64,000 nucleotides of DNA from a virus, in the IMG/VR virus record IMGVR_UViG_3300045988_110372, positions 17,924 through 81,923 of that record; one strand, 5' to 3'. A program made the translations under genes and the position numbers. Numbering within the stretch: the stretch's first letter is position 1; every line of letters begins with the position of its first letter. The notes under the pieces were generated by a model. It was not told where the DNA came from. It did not search any database and saw only the letters and a list, made by a program, of their open reading frames with translations. Below are positions 36,975 through 46,316 of the stretch, one piece after another.

Positions 36975-37484
36975 TTATTTACTTCTCCCAACTTTCACCG
37001 CTTTAATGCGAGGTCTTTTAGGCTTCTCATATTTTATAAACTTAATTTTGCTGAAACCTTTCATCGGCTTCTGATTCGCTTTAAGCAATACGTTCTGCAA
37101 CTTTGTAATTACAAATTCTTCGCTATCTGTCGAACGGATAAACATCGGATAGAAGTTTGCTTTCATTGACTTAAAGAAAAGATTAGCCTTTGAAACTTCT
37201 ACTTCATCATTCATGTCTACTTGACGGATAACCACGTTTGCATCAGGAATAAAGATGTCGGTTGTGATTCTGTGTCTTTGTTTCTTCCCGTGAATAATTT
37301 CACAAAGAGTAAACGGCAATCCCCATTTCTGCAATGTTTCAATTACCGTGTGTGTCTTTTTGTTGAACTTAGCCATGCGTTGAATACGTTTCATCTTATA
37401 GGCTTCGTTCTTTGTTTCTTCAAAGTTTCCTACGTTCTTGTCTTGTGCGTACACAAGTTCTTTTAATTCATTCGGTTCTAACAC
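36975..37484 (-). CDS. Hypothetical protein
   Basis: ORF track. Confidence 0.55.
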   Translation of the reverse strand: MLEPNELKELVYAQDKNVGNFEETKNEAYKMKRIQRMAKFNKKTHTVIETLQKWGLPFTLCEIIHGKKQRHRITTDIFIPDANVVIRQVDMNDEVEVSKANLFFKSMKANFYPMFIRSTDSEEFVITKLQNVLLKANQKPMKGFSKIKFIKYEKPKRPRIKAVKVGRSK

Positions 37485-37488
37485 AATC

Positions 37489-38058
37489 TTATTTATTTAC
37501 GATGTTATATTTCAGTGACTCTTCAATGTTGTTGGGGTTGAATTTATCCCACGGTATAATACAATTCCAATCAACTTTTCTCATTTCGTTATGCGATTTC
37601 CCTAAATCCCACCAAGTCTGACCTTTACCTGCATAAAACCTAACAAACCAAGCTAATTGCCCTTGCATAGAACAACTACACATACACGGAGTATCAATCG
37701 GCAAATCTTCTTCAACTTTCAATGGTTCGATAATAAGTTTGCCTTCATTTTCGCTTATAGACACGCCCAAATTATGCGTTTTAATCACTTCGGTTATATC
37801 TTTTATCAGTTCGGTAGAAATAAGCGGTTTTTCGTCAGATACTAAAACTTCGATAAAATTTTCAAGAAGCCAATAACCATTTGCAAAATAAGTTCCATCT
37901 GTATCTGTAGCTGTAATCTGATAGACTTTCCCGCACATTTCAGACATTTCAGCAGTAAATGTGCAGCACGGAAAATCTACATCACCATATTTATTTTTAT
38001 TGGAATCATACCACTCTCTCGACTTAATACGAACCTTATCTCCTACTTTGTATTTCAT
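37489..38058 (-). CDS. Hypothetical protein
   Basis: ORF track. Confidence 0.55.
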   Translation of the reverse strand: MKYKVGDKVRIKSREWYDSNKNKYGDVDFPCCTFTAEMSEMCGKVYQITATDTDGTYFANGYWLLENFIEVLVSDEKPLISTELIKDITEVIKTHNLGVSISENEGKLIIEPLKVEEDLPIDTPCMCSCSMQGQLAWFVRFYAGKGQTWWDLGKSHNEMRKVDWNCIIPWDKFNPNNIEESLKYNIVNK

Positions 38059-38082
38059 AAGTTATTGATTTTTAGTTATTTA

Positions 38083-38472
38083 TCAAAAAGGAAGTTCGCT
38101 TGATATTCCATTGTCTTGTGCTACTGCTTCACTCGCTTTAGGCACATCACCACTACTTTGTGTAGCTACTTGCGACTGACCGCCTTCCGAACGCTTGAAT
38201 ACAGACCAAGCACGGATAGTATTGTACCAACGTCCTTTAAATTCACGAGCATCGAAGTTATACATAATATCCACCTCGTCATTCATCTGAATGTTGAATT
38301 GTTGGATTTTCTCTGTACCGAAAACTTCAAAGCATACTTTCTGAGGATATGAATCATGTGTTTCAAGCACATATTCCTGAGAAGCCCATGTACCTTTCTG
38401 TGAAGTTCCCGTTTTCATTTGCATTACTGCGATGATTCTACCGCTAATTTTCTGTTTGTTTTCTTCTGCCAT
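38083..38472 (-). CDS. OB-fold ssDNA-binding protein (DUF3127-like, Bacteroidota type)
   Basis: The GTSQKGTWASQEYVLET..YPQKVCFEVFG..REFKGRWYN pattern, and an SSB-like acidic tail ending in ELPF. Confidence 0.7.
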   Translation of the reverse strand: MAEENKQKISGRIIAVMQMKTGTSQKGTWASQEYVLETHDSYPQKVCFEVFGTEKIQQFNIQMNDEVDIMYNFDAREFKGRWYNTIRAWSVFKRSEGGQSQVATQSSGDVPKASEAVAQDNGISSELPF

Positions 38473-38541
38473 ATCTATATGTTTTTAATGGTTTGTTTTC
38501 TTGTTACAAAGATAGCAAATTGGTTTGAAGTTTCAAAGTAT

Positions 38542-38850
38542 TTACTTCCAAAATTCGTACCATTTTTTGCTTTTATATTTTGATAGTTCAGATTCTATTT
38601 TAGATATTGTATCTTTTAAGTTTTGTATCACTTCTTTTGCTTCGGACAAATTTTCTTCACAATCGTTGTACCTATTAGTCCAATATATCGTATTGTTAAT
38701 AGATGCGTTTCTTGATAATTGTAATTCTTCAATTTCCTCTTTTGTATATCCGTATAGTTCTACAAAACATTTGTTTGAATTTTGTATTAATTGGTTATAC
38801 TCCGAAAGCGGCATCGTGACCGTCTTAGTGTCTTGTTCCATATCTTCCAA
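38542..38850 (-). CDS. Coiled-coil protein (hypothetical)
   Basis: ORF track. Confidence 0.5.
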   Translation of the reverse strand: MEDMEQDTKTVTMPLSEYNQLIQNSNKCFVELYGYTKEEIEELQLSRNASINNTIYWTNRYNDCEENLSEAKEVIQNLKDTISKIESELSKYKSKKWYEFWK

Positions 38851-38915
38851 TTATTTTAACCAATAACTCAACGTTTCTTTCAATTCTCTCGCAAACGATG
38901 TCTATTTCCGTCATA

Positions 38916-39767
38916 TCACCAATCCGTACTTAATGCTAACTTGATTGTTTCTTCGCCTAAGATTTCTATGGCTTGCTGAGCTAAATACAATGTCTTAAAA
39001 TGAACCACTTCGGAGCATTTCTGTAGTGCGAAATCTGTCGTAATAGAACTATCTTCTTTCTTAATTGATAAATAATATTTCTGCGATGTACCATCACTCC
39101 AATCCGGTTGCCAATCACCATTCAAATATCTAGCTACATTCATCAGTCTGTTGATAGCAAGGAGTTTCTGAGCTTGCTTTTCTGACGTGAAGTTGTTAGG
39201 TTGTTTGTATTCGCTTTTACTGCAACTTATTACATTAATAATAGAACCGTCATACGTAGTATAACACATACCTTTTCCAAAAAACAATTCCTCTGCCACA
39301 TCCTCATAAGTCAGCACTTTCTTAATAGGCTTAAACTTGATGAGTTCGAATGTTGAGTTTTCTTTGTCAATTTCATAACCTTCCGGTACTTGAATTTTTA
39401 CTTCTTTTGTTTCCATATTGTTTTCGTTTAAAAGTTGTTTGAATTGTTGGTAGGATGCTTTTATAAATTTTACATAATTTCTATCACTTCTATCCTTTTT
39501 ATCACAAGCACCAATGCCTTTCATATTTTGATGCTTGCATCCTCTTGTTGTATGAAAGTAACATCCGAAACAAGCTGAATCCATAGATTTGACTACTTTA
39601 AGTTTTGTTCCCTCAAACTCAAACACATCTCCAACAGGTCTTTCCTCTATGTTTTCTTTAGGAGAAATTTCTATGCCATACCTTTTCAGTATCTCTTCCA
39701 CCTCTTCCGCAGATTTTCTTTCAAAGTAGGCATCAATCTTCTTTTTCATTTCTTCGGTGAGTTTCAT
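38916..39767 (-). CDS. Hypothetical protein with a CxGCxF Cys-domain paralogous to ORF 60209-60433
   Basis: VGDVFEFEGTKLKVV..CFGCYF..C..GACD..R.D..V.FIK. Confidence 0.55.
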   Translation of the reverse strand: MKLTEEMKKKIDAYFERKSAEEVEEILKRYGIEISPKENIEERPVGDVFEFEGTKLKVVKSMDSACFGCYFHTTRGCKHQNMKGIGACDKKDRSDRNYVKFIKASYQQFKQLLNENNMETKEVKIQVPEGYEIDKENSTFELIKFKPIKKVLTYEDVAEELFFGKGMCYTTYDGSIINVISCSKSEYKQPNNFTSEKQAQKLLAINRLMNVARYLNGDWQPDWSDGTSQKYYLSIKKEDSSITTDFALQKCSEVVHFKTLYLAQQAIEILGEETIKLALSTDW

Positions 39768-39768
39768 G

Positions 39769-40014
39769 CTATTCTTGCTCTTTAATTGTGATATTTATAC
39801 TTTCGGTGTATTGTAGCAATTTCTTAGCGTCTTTCAATGAATCAGCAAATGCTTTAGCATCCTCATAGTTTAAGAAAGCCTTTGAGACACACTCCTTTTC
39901 AGAACAAAATTCTCCGTATCTTGCATCCCATGACACCATCCAAACTTTTGCTCCTTCTGCATCTTTAACTTTGCTTAGTTTAAAGATTGCGTTTAATTTA
40001 CTTACTATTTTCAT
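39769..40014 (-). CDS. Hypothetical protein
   Basis: ORF track. Confidence 0.5.
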   Translation of the reverse strand: MKIVSKLNAIFKLSKVKDAEGAKVWMVSWDARYGEFCSEKECVSKAFLNYEDAKAFADSLKDAKKLLQYTESINITIKEQE

Positions 40015-40131
40015 AATAACTATTTTATCCGTTAAACATAAACTCTAAATATATTCCTAATATATACATATACTTACTCTACAAGTAGTATATACTGTCA
40101 AGTGTTTCATTTCGGGTACACATACCAAAAA

Positions 40132-41004
40132 TCAAGCATAAGCAGCCGTTAAAGGAGTTTCCATGATGTCAACTTCTTTAGTCTTAGCATTGAAAGTTTG
40201 TCTTTTCTTGTGATTGAAAATGATATTCCTGAAAGACTGGGTAATACTTCTGTTAGTTATCTTGTATTGATTCGGAACAACTATATAGCCGAAGCCACGT
40301 TTTCTGTCATATACAATATTAACGTGTTCAAGTCCGCTTTCACGGATAGAACCTTCGCATACAGAAGAAAGGACTAACTGTGTATATCCTTGTTTGATAT
40401 TAATCATGTTGTTTGCTTGAAGTTTCAGAAGTTGTCTGCGTGCAGTAGATTTACATACACCACCGATATTCTTCATTTTGTTTAATGTCAGCGCATCTTT
40501 GGTTGTCAACAAGATATTGTTTTTGATTTCTCTACAAGAGTAAAACTTATCGCTTCTTTCAGTTGCGTTGATTGCATGAAGATAAATCATGTCGTGTACA
40601 TACTTCTCTATATCAAGTAAAGACCAGTCTTTGTCAATCACAAGTCTTACGACATACATAGACCAAATTTTCTTTCCGAACTTGTTATCTGATACGATAG
40701 TTTTGTTCTTGAAAGTTTTGGCTACAAATGCGTCAGTATACTTGTTGTACTTGAAATATGTATTGTTGTTTTTTACAGCGTTTATAATCTTTCTTGCTCT
40801 TACCTGACCTACACCGAATTTATCACGGATATTTCTTACGGAAGTATTTCGGAACATAGAATCACCGCTATGGGCTTTTACAAACAAAGCAATAGCTACC
40901 GAGAACAAGGTATTTTTATCCTTGCACTTGGTAAGAATGGAAGTAGGCAGATTGATAATTCTCATCTGCATATCTTCTTGTCGTATGTTCACTTTGTTTG
41001 CCAT
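40132..41004 (-). CDS. Hypothetical protein (possible DNA-binding protein)
   Basis: ORF track, 290 aa. It lies downstream of the long structured non-coding region. Confidence 0.55.
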   Translation of the reverse strand: MANKVNIRQEDMQMRIINLPTSILTKCKDKNTLFSVAIALFVKAHSGDSMFRNTSVRNIRDKFGVGQVRARKIINAVKNNNTYFKYNKYTDAFVAKTFKNKTIVSDNKFGKKIWSMYVVRLVIDKDWSLLDIEKYVHDMIYLHAINATERSDKFYSCREIKNNILLTTKDALTLNKMKNIGGVCKSTARRQLLKLQANNMINIKQGYTQLVLSSVCEGSIRESGLEHVNIVYDRKRGFGYIVVPNQYKITNRSITQSFRNIIFNHKKRQTFNAKTKEVDIMETPLTAAYA

Positions 41005-41777
41005 AATAAAACTTTTAGTATATAAAACAAGAAAACCTTATCAGAATCGCTATCTGACAAGGCTCTTGTTTATCTATGAAGCCGTATAGATAGCATCAAT
41101 TTTTGATGTAGGCAACCTATCTATACTCAACTTATTTACTATGTTTTTGATATGAAGTTTTCAAAGCTTTGCGTATCACAAGCTGCCTATTCTTCTGATA
41201 ACACTGCGAATATAATACATAAATTTCAAATATCCAAATCTATTAACTTTATTTAACTTTGTGGGAATTAATCACCAAATTGGCGACATTCCCGTAGGCA
41301 ACATTGATTTGCTGTTTAAGCATCTTCTTACTGCCTTTTCAATTAAATAAAGAACTCTTTTCATTGTTATTTGTTTTTGGTTAGTGCATCGGCAGGATTC
41401 GATACCTGCAACCGCTTCCGCACTTCTGCGCTGAAACCTTTTTTGTTTAATGTGTGGTTCGGCTACCACATTACAGTTTTTTTGCGTCTACTTCCGCCAC
41501 AATGCAAGTTCCTCTCATCATCCACCACCGAGAGGGAGTGCCTACTGACGATTAGGATAAGCCAACTTTGTGCTTACGTGTTTCGTTCCGCTTTTATTAC
41601 GTAATTATTGTGCGGCTATTATGTCCCCTTGGATGAACTCGAATCACCTTTTTGCGCTTTTCTTCGTTTTACCATGTTAAACTACAAGGGGATAAAGCAT
41701 CTATTCTCACGAACCAATGCTTTCAATCAAAAAAAATTGATTGTGAACCTATTATTATTCTTTGCAAATATACAAAC
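41005..41777 (-). ncRNA. Candidate large structured RNA or very long structured leader (family unknown)
   Basis: About 770 nt with no credible ORF. Visibly GC-richer than its flanks. A minus-strand TATATTTG box lies at about 41765-41772. Many stems are present, for example cctctc/gagagg, cgca/tgcg, gcagg/cctgc and ccgc/gcgg. Confidence 0.3.
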
Positions 41778-42068
41778 TTATTTCATATCTGCAAAATTTT
41801 CTATCATTTTTTTACAAGTTTCTACTTTATCACGCAAATTCTTGTCGTATTTCAGGCGAAATTCCATATTTATAACATGATGTCTTATGTTGGAATGAAC
41901 AAATCCGTAAATCTCGCCTAGCTTTATGTATTTCAGGTCTGTATATTGTCTTAAAAGATAAAACAGTGTAGCACGTGCTTCTATGTATTCCATCTTTTTA
42001 GTGTTCCTAAATAAGTCCTCTATTCCGAAAACTTTAGAAACTACATTTTCATAACATTTAAGTTTCAT
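41778..42068 (-). CDS. DnaA domain IV-like HTH protein (second copy)
   Basis: The pattern EYIEARATLFYLLRQYTDLKYIKLGEIYGFVHSNIRHHV resembles the DnaA C-terminal domain. Confidence 0.5.
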   Translation of the reverse strand: MKLKCYENVVSKVFGIEDLFRNTKKMEYIEARATLFYLLRQYTDLKYIKLGEIYGFVHSNIRHHVINMEFRLKYDKNLRDKVETCKKMIENFADMK

Positions 42069-42071
42069 ATC

Positions 42072-42455
42072 CTATTCCTCCACACTTAATGCTTCGTCAA
42101 TACTATCTTCTGTCTTAGGCTTGTTGCCCCACCTTCTCTTATAGTTAGACCACGGAAACATGTGACCGATAAACTTTACCTGCTCATAGAATCCTGCTGC
42201 CTTTATTTTCAGATACTCATGCTTCACCAACGGATTGAAGCAAAGCGAAAGGTAATGCGTTATATTCTGCGGATTCGGTCGTCTTGGTGTCACATACATT
42301 TCCATTAGCAATCTTCCCTTGTTTGTAAAGTGCATACCGTTTTCTTTTATCGGTATGCTGATACATTCTACGATTTCTCCGTTGAAAACTCTTTCGTGGA
42401 CTTCTGCACCAATCAGTCTGTCTACTTCCAATACTTGTTTATACTGCTGCGGCAT
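42072..42455 (-). CDS. Hypothetical protein
   Basis: ORF track. Confidence 0.55.
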   Translation of the reverse strand: MPQQYKQVLEVDRLIGAEVHERVFNGEIVECISIPIKENGMHFTNKGRLLMEMYVTPRRPNPQNITHYLSLCFNPLVKHEYLKIKAAGFYEQVKFIGHMFPWSNYKRRWGNKPKTEDSIDEALSVEE

Positions 42456-42457
42456 AA

Positions 42458-42913
42458 TTATTCCTCCTTACTTGTTTTAATATATCCGTTTTCTATGCAC
42501 CAACAAAGCATTTCGTAGGCTGCGTCAATAAGGCTTTCATTTTCCCTAATTACATATATACTATCCTCTATTGACCTATATTGTACAAACCAATACGATT
42601 TATTCCTTTCGCTTACACCAAGTTCAAGCCAGTATTCATTAATCTCATCAGTGGTTTCTATACTTATTGTGCTTGGCAGTAAATCCAAAATATCCTGCAA
42701 GGTAAATGTCGGAAAACATTCATATTCGTCATACCCTACGTGCATGTGTTCTTTTTGTAAGTCTAAAAACCAATCTATTAATACTTCCTTCTCTTTGTTC
42801 TTAACTTTTGGAAGTCTTACCAGCCTTACCCAATACATGCTTGCTTTACTTGTATGAACACCCAAATCTTTCAGGTGCTGCATCTGTGAAATATTTAAAC
42901 ATTGCTTACTCAT
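42458..42913 (-). CDS. Hypothetical protein
   Basis: ORF track. Confidence 0.55.
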   Translation of the reverse strand: MSKQCLNISQMQHLKDLGVHTSKASMYWVRLVRLPKVKNKEKEVLIDWFLDLQKEHMHVGYDEYECFPTFTLQDILDLLPSTISIETTDEINEYWLELGVSERNKSYWFVQYRSIEDSIYVIRENESLIDAAYEMLCWCIENGYIKTSKEE

Positions 42914-42917
42914 AACT

Positions 42918-44864
42918 TCAATCTTTTACTTCTACATTAAATTCACCACCATTGTTCCACATTTTGATAGTCTGATTTTCTATCAATGGGTAATTATCTT
43001 CATCTACCGTATGAGATTCGTCAATGAATATCGGCAGGTTAAGACCATAGAACTTCTGAAAACCTAACGACAAATCAAGTCCGCATCTAACTTTGCTTGC
43101 TGCATTTGTAACTTGTGCCGACACACCTTCTGAATCGAGGATTCTACAATCGGGTACAATATCTCCGCTTTTGTTTACCGAAGTCATTACAACAGAAATA
43201 TAGTCAAACATTCCGTTCACCTTATCAGAAACAAGCTGTGCTTTCTCTTGCTCGTACTTTATAGCCTTGTTTAGCATACCTTCAAGTCTTGCAAGTTCGA
43301 TGCTGCTCTCTCTAAGTTCGTTCTGTTTATGCTTGATAACCTCAATCTGCTTGTCGTATGTATCTTTTACACCGAGTTTCTTAGAAAGTTCCTCAACATC
43401 ATTCATAAGGTCTTTCTTCATGTTGATTAAAGCCGCATTATCCTGCGTTGGTACGACCGTCATATTTGCCTTCTTATTTGAGATTTTAGCCACTTTCTCC
43501 TTGCCTTCGATAGTTTCCTTATACGGAATAAAATTCTTTCTCAAATCGGCTAATCTGCTTTCAAGTTCAGTCTTGTCAAGCAAAGGCTTTTCGGTATATC
43601 CTTTTTCGATAACAGTCATTGCTTCGTCAATCTCTTTCTTAACCTCGGCAATTTTTTCATTGTTTGCTCTACCTTCTGCTACAATAGCATTGTGTTTGGC
43701 TTCTTTTCTTTCAAAGAACTGCTTCTTGGCTTCTTCAAGTTTATCTTCCGGCAAAATCTGTCCGCAATAGGCACATTTATCATCTGTGAATACCATTGCT
43801 TTTACTTTCTCATTCTGTTTTAGCAATGTGTTGCGATACTCGTTCAGCTTTTCAAGTTTAGATGTTGCCGATTTAAGCGTTTTCTCTGCGTTTTCGATAG
43901 ATTGCTTGGATAATTCATTTTCTTTCAAAATCTGCGCATTTCTAATATAAATTTCAGCCATTTCTGCCTTAATCTTGTTAGCTTCTTCAATCGGTTTCAG
44001 GTTGTACTTGCTTTCTGCTTCTGCCAACTCTCTTTCAAGTTCAGCAATCTCTTTCAACTCTGCATTTCTCTTGTCGATATACTGCTGAACGCTTTCGCTG
44101 CTTCCTGTAATCTGTGCGTCAATGTCGGCAATCTGTTTCTTCGTTTCTTCGATTTCTTTCTTAACATCATCTAACCCTTGAATGTCAGGTAAACTTGTCT
44201 GCAATGTCTGAATAGTGATAGGCAGACTTTCTACGCTTGACTTTACGGATTTTATTTTTGACTTGTAAGAGCTTTTGACCTCATCAATAGGATATTTCCG
44301 TAAGTCGTTCAGAATGTCGGTATAGTCGCCTTTCATTTCAGATTCATCAATATTGCCTACAAGTGATTCAAAGTGCTTGCGCATGTCTTTCCAATCAAGT
44401 GATTCGTAATGTCTGATATTCAGCATAAGTTTCAGCTTGTCGAAAGGCGCAAATGTTTCTTCGATAAATGACTTATAATCTCCTGCGCTTCTCTCAATTC
44501 CATCAATGTAAAACTTGTAATCATCAGTAGCTTTCTTTTCGTATTCCTCACGCCCTTTCTTTCTCGTCCAACCTTGCTTTGCAGTCTTTTTCAACGTATA
44601 TTCTACTCCGTCAATATCCAACACGGCTTCGGTAGATGCAAGTTTTGAGTTTTCATAAGTAAGCGGCAAAGTATCATCGAACAGTTTGTAGTTTATTCTG
44701 TCTTGTTCGTCTGAGCCAGTAAGCAACCAAAGCCAAGCGTTGAAGCAACTTGATTTTCCACTCTTGTTTTTCCCTTTGATTTCTGTATTGTGACCGAAGT
44801 TTATAACTTTGTTCTGTCCTCGCCAATCCTGCAAGGTGAGTTTTTTAAGAGTTATTGTTTTCAT
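42918..44864 (-). CDS. Rad50/SbcC-like SMC-family ATPase
   Basis: N-terminal Walker A GKNKSGKSS. Long central coiled coil with a CAYCGQ (CxxC hook-like) motif. C-terminal Walker B-like LPIFIDES. Confidence 0.8.
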   Translation of the reverse strand: MKTITLKKLTLQDWRGQNKVINFGHNTEIKGKNKSGKSSCFNAWLWLLTGSDEQDRINYKLFDDTLPLTYENSKLASTEAVLDIDGVEYTLKKTAKQGWTRKKGREEYEKKATDDYKFYIDGIERSAGDYKSFIEETFAPFDKLKLMLNIRHYESLDWKDMRKHFESLVGNIDESEMKGDYTDILNDLRKYPIDEVKSSYKSKIKSVKSSVESLPITIQTLQTSLPDIQGLDDVKKEIEETKKQIADIDAQITGSSESVQQYIDKRNAELKEIAELERELAEAESKYNLKPIEEANKIKAEMAEIYIRNAQILKENELSKQSIENAEKTLKSATSKLEKLNEYRNTLLKQNEKVKAMVFTDDKCAYCGQILPEDKLEEAKKQFFERKEAKHNAIVAEGRANNEKIAEVKKEIDEAMTVIEKGYTEKPLLDKTELESRLADLRKNFIPYKETIEGKEKVAKISNKKANMTVVPTQDNAALINMKKDLMNDVEELSKKLGVKDTYDKQIEVIKHKQNELRESSIELARLEGMLNKAIKYEQEKAQLVSDKVNGMFDYISVVMTSVNKSGDIVPDCRILDSEGVSAQVTNAASKVRCGLDLSLGFQKFYGLNLPIFIDESHTVDEDNYPLIENQTIKMWNNGGEFNVEVKD

Positions 44865-44866
44865 AA

Positions 44867-45832
44867 TTATTTCATTTCACTGATTAATGCATTTCCACAA
44901 GTAATTCTATCACTATCTTCTTCTTTTGAAGGAACAAATACGATGACATCCCATCCTTCTTCTAGCAGCGGCTGTTCGAATTTGCGGTACACATCATAAT
45001 CAGCATATCCAGTTACTTCAAAACCATTTTCAATAGCTGAATTTGTTTCATGAATTGGGGTAATTTTTACAATAAACTTATTCTTGTCAAATAACTCAGA
45101 GAGTTTCTTTGCATCAAGAATAGTCTGTGCAGTTACAGGAAAATTCAAAGTATATTTTCTACCTTTGGGCATTGGTAAATCTTCAGCTAATTCTGATATT
45201 TCAGTTAAAGATAAACTTTTTCTATCAAATAACTGATTTCTTTGTTCGTCACCAGTTGAATTGATAGAGAACTGAAGTCCTGCTTCACCATTGTAAAAAT
45301 CATTTTTTATTTCGCACCAAGTAAGAATATACTGTTTCAATTTCTTATTTGCTTTTGGTAGCATAGTAGATACTACTGGATGAACAGTCTTTGCTTTTAA
45401 TCCACAAGTCTTTACAAGTTCTTTCAGCATCATAGAAAAAGCCAGCACATTTTCATTCCAAGTTGGTTCTCCCATTCTTGCAAAGTGAACATTAAATCGT
45501 TCAGTTTCTCTTACATCTTCATTTTTGATAATCATTTTAATTTGATAAGCAAGTTCATTTACTGAAACATTACCAAAGAAGCCAAATTTAGGAACATCAC
45601 AGAATTTACATTTCATCGGGCAACCTTTCTGTGTAGAGATAGTAGCAACCCATTTATTACGCAAATCTACTTCTGTGTTAGCTACTCCGTTGATTTCTTT
45701 TGTCAGACCGAGAAAGTCAGCCTTGATGTTATTTTCTTTTCCGTAATCACCTACTGTAAGAAATTCAAGTTTCTTTTCGGTATCTACATAAATCTTTCCT
45801 GTGTGAGTTTTAATTGTTTTCATATTATACAT
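44867..45832 (-). CDS. Radical SAM enzyme, RlmN/Cfr-like core
   Basis: CPMKCKFC (Cys71/75/78). ARMGEP, LQFSINSTGDEQRNQL, KITPIHE and C-terminal DRITCGNAL align by eye with my recollection of RlmN. Confidence 0.8.
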   Translation of the reverse strand: MYNMKTIKTHTGKIYVDTEKKLEFLTVGDYGKENNIKADFLGLTKEINGVANTEVDLRNKWVATISTQKGCPMKCKFCDVPKFGFFGNVSVNELAYQIKMIIKNEDVRETERFNVHFARMGEPTWNENVLAFSMMLKELVKTCGLKAKTVHPVVSTMLPKANKKLKQYILTWCEIKNDFYNGEAGLQFSINSTGDEQRNQLFDRKSLSLTEISELAEDLPMPKGRKYTLNFPVTAQTILDAKKLSELFDKNKFIVKITPIHETNSAIENGFEVTGYADYDVYRKFEQPLLEEGWDVIVFVPSKEEDSDRITCGNALISEMK

Positions 45833-45851
45833 TTATTATTTTACGAATGAT

Positions 45852-46058
45852 TTATTCTTCTGTCTTTATGATTATCTGATTTGCATATCTCGGATTTACG
45901 ATTAAATTTCCAATGCTTGAAGTAATCTCAATTTCTCCAAACGGATTTACGTTAATTACGTATTTGTTGTCTTTCCCATCGTAAATTTCAAGACCGTAGT
46001 CTATTTCTTTTACTTCTGTATCGTCTTTAAAATCTCTTTCCTTGTATTTCATATTCAT
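45852..46058 (-). CDS. Hypothetical protein
   Basis: ORF track. 4-nt overlap with the XRE gene. Confidence 0.5.
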   Translation of the reverse strand: MNMKYKERDFKDDTEVKEIDYGLEIYDGKDNKYVINVNPFGEIEITSSIGNLIVNPRYANQIIIKTEE

Positions 46059-46261
46059 ACCAATTTAATATTTACTCGTTTAACTTCAAGTGCTTTCAAA
46101 ATTCTATCCAAAGAATCAATGGTAGTATTTCTACCTGCTTCGATATTTCGGAACTGATTTAATGTGATACCTGCTCTTTTTGCAAGTTCACTTTTGCTTA
46201 ATTTCTTCTTTGTTCGTTCTTCGTTTATCAGATTTACTAAAAATTCTTTCATATAATTCAC
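46055..46261 (-). CDS. XRE-family HTH transcriptional regulator
   Basis: LSKSELAKRAGITLNQFRNIEAGRNTTIDSL. Confidence 0.75.
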   Translation of the reverse strand: MNYMKEFLVNLINEERTKKKLSKSELAKRAGITLNQFRNIEAGRNTTIDSLDRILKALEVKRVNIKLV

Positions 46262-46316
46262 AATTTTATTTGTTACAAATCTACAAATATATTTATTATG
46301 AATTGCAAATATATTG

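Noticed and set aside
41392-41409. tRNA-like T-arm (gcagg-attcgata-cctgc, GGTATCGAATCC on the other strand)
   Set aside because: The loop is 8 nt rather than 7. No matching acceptor stem, D-arm or anticodon arm can be built on either strand.
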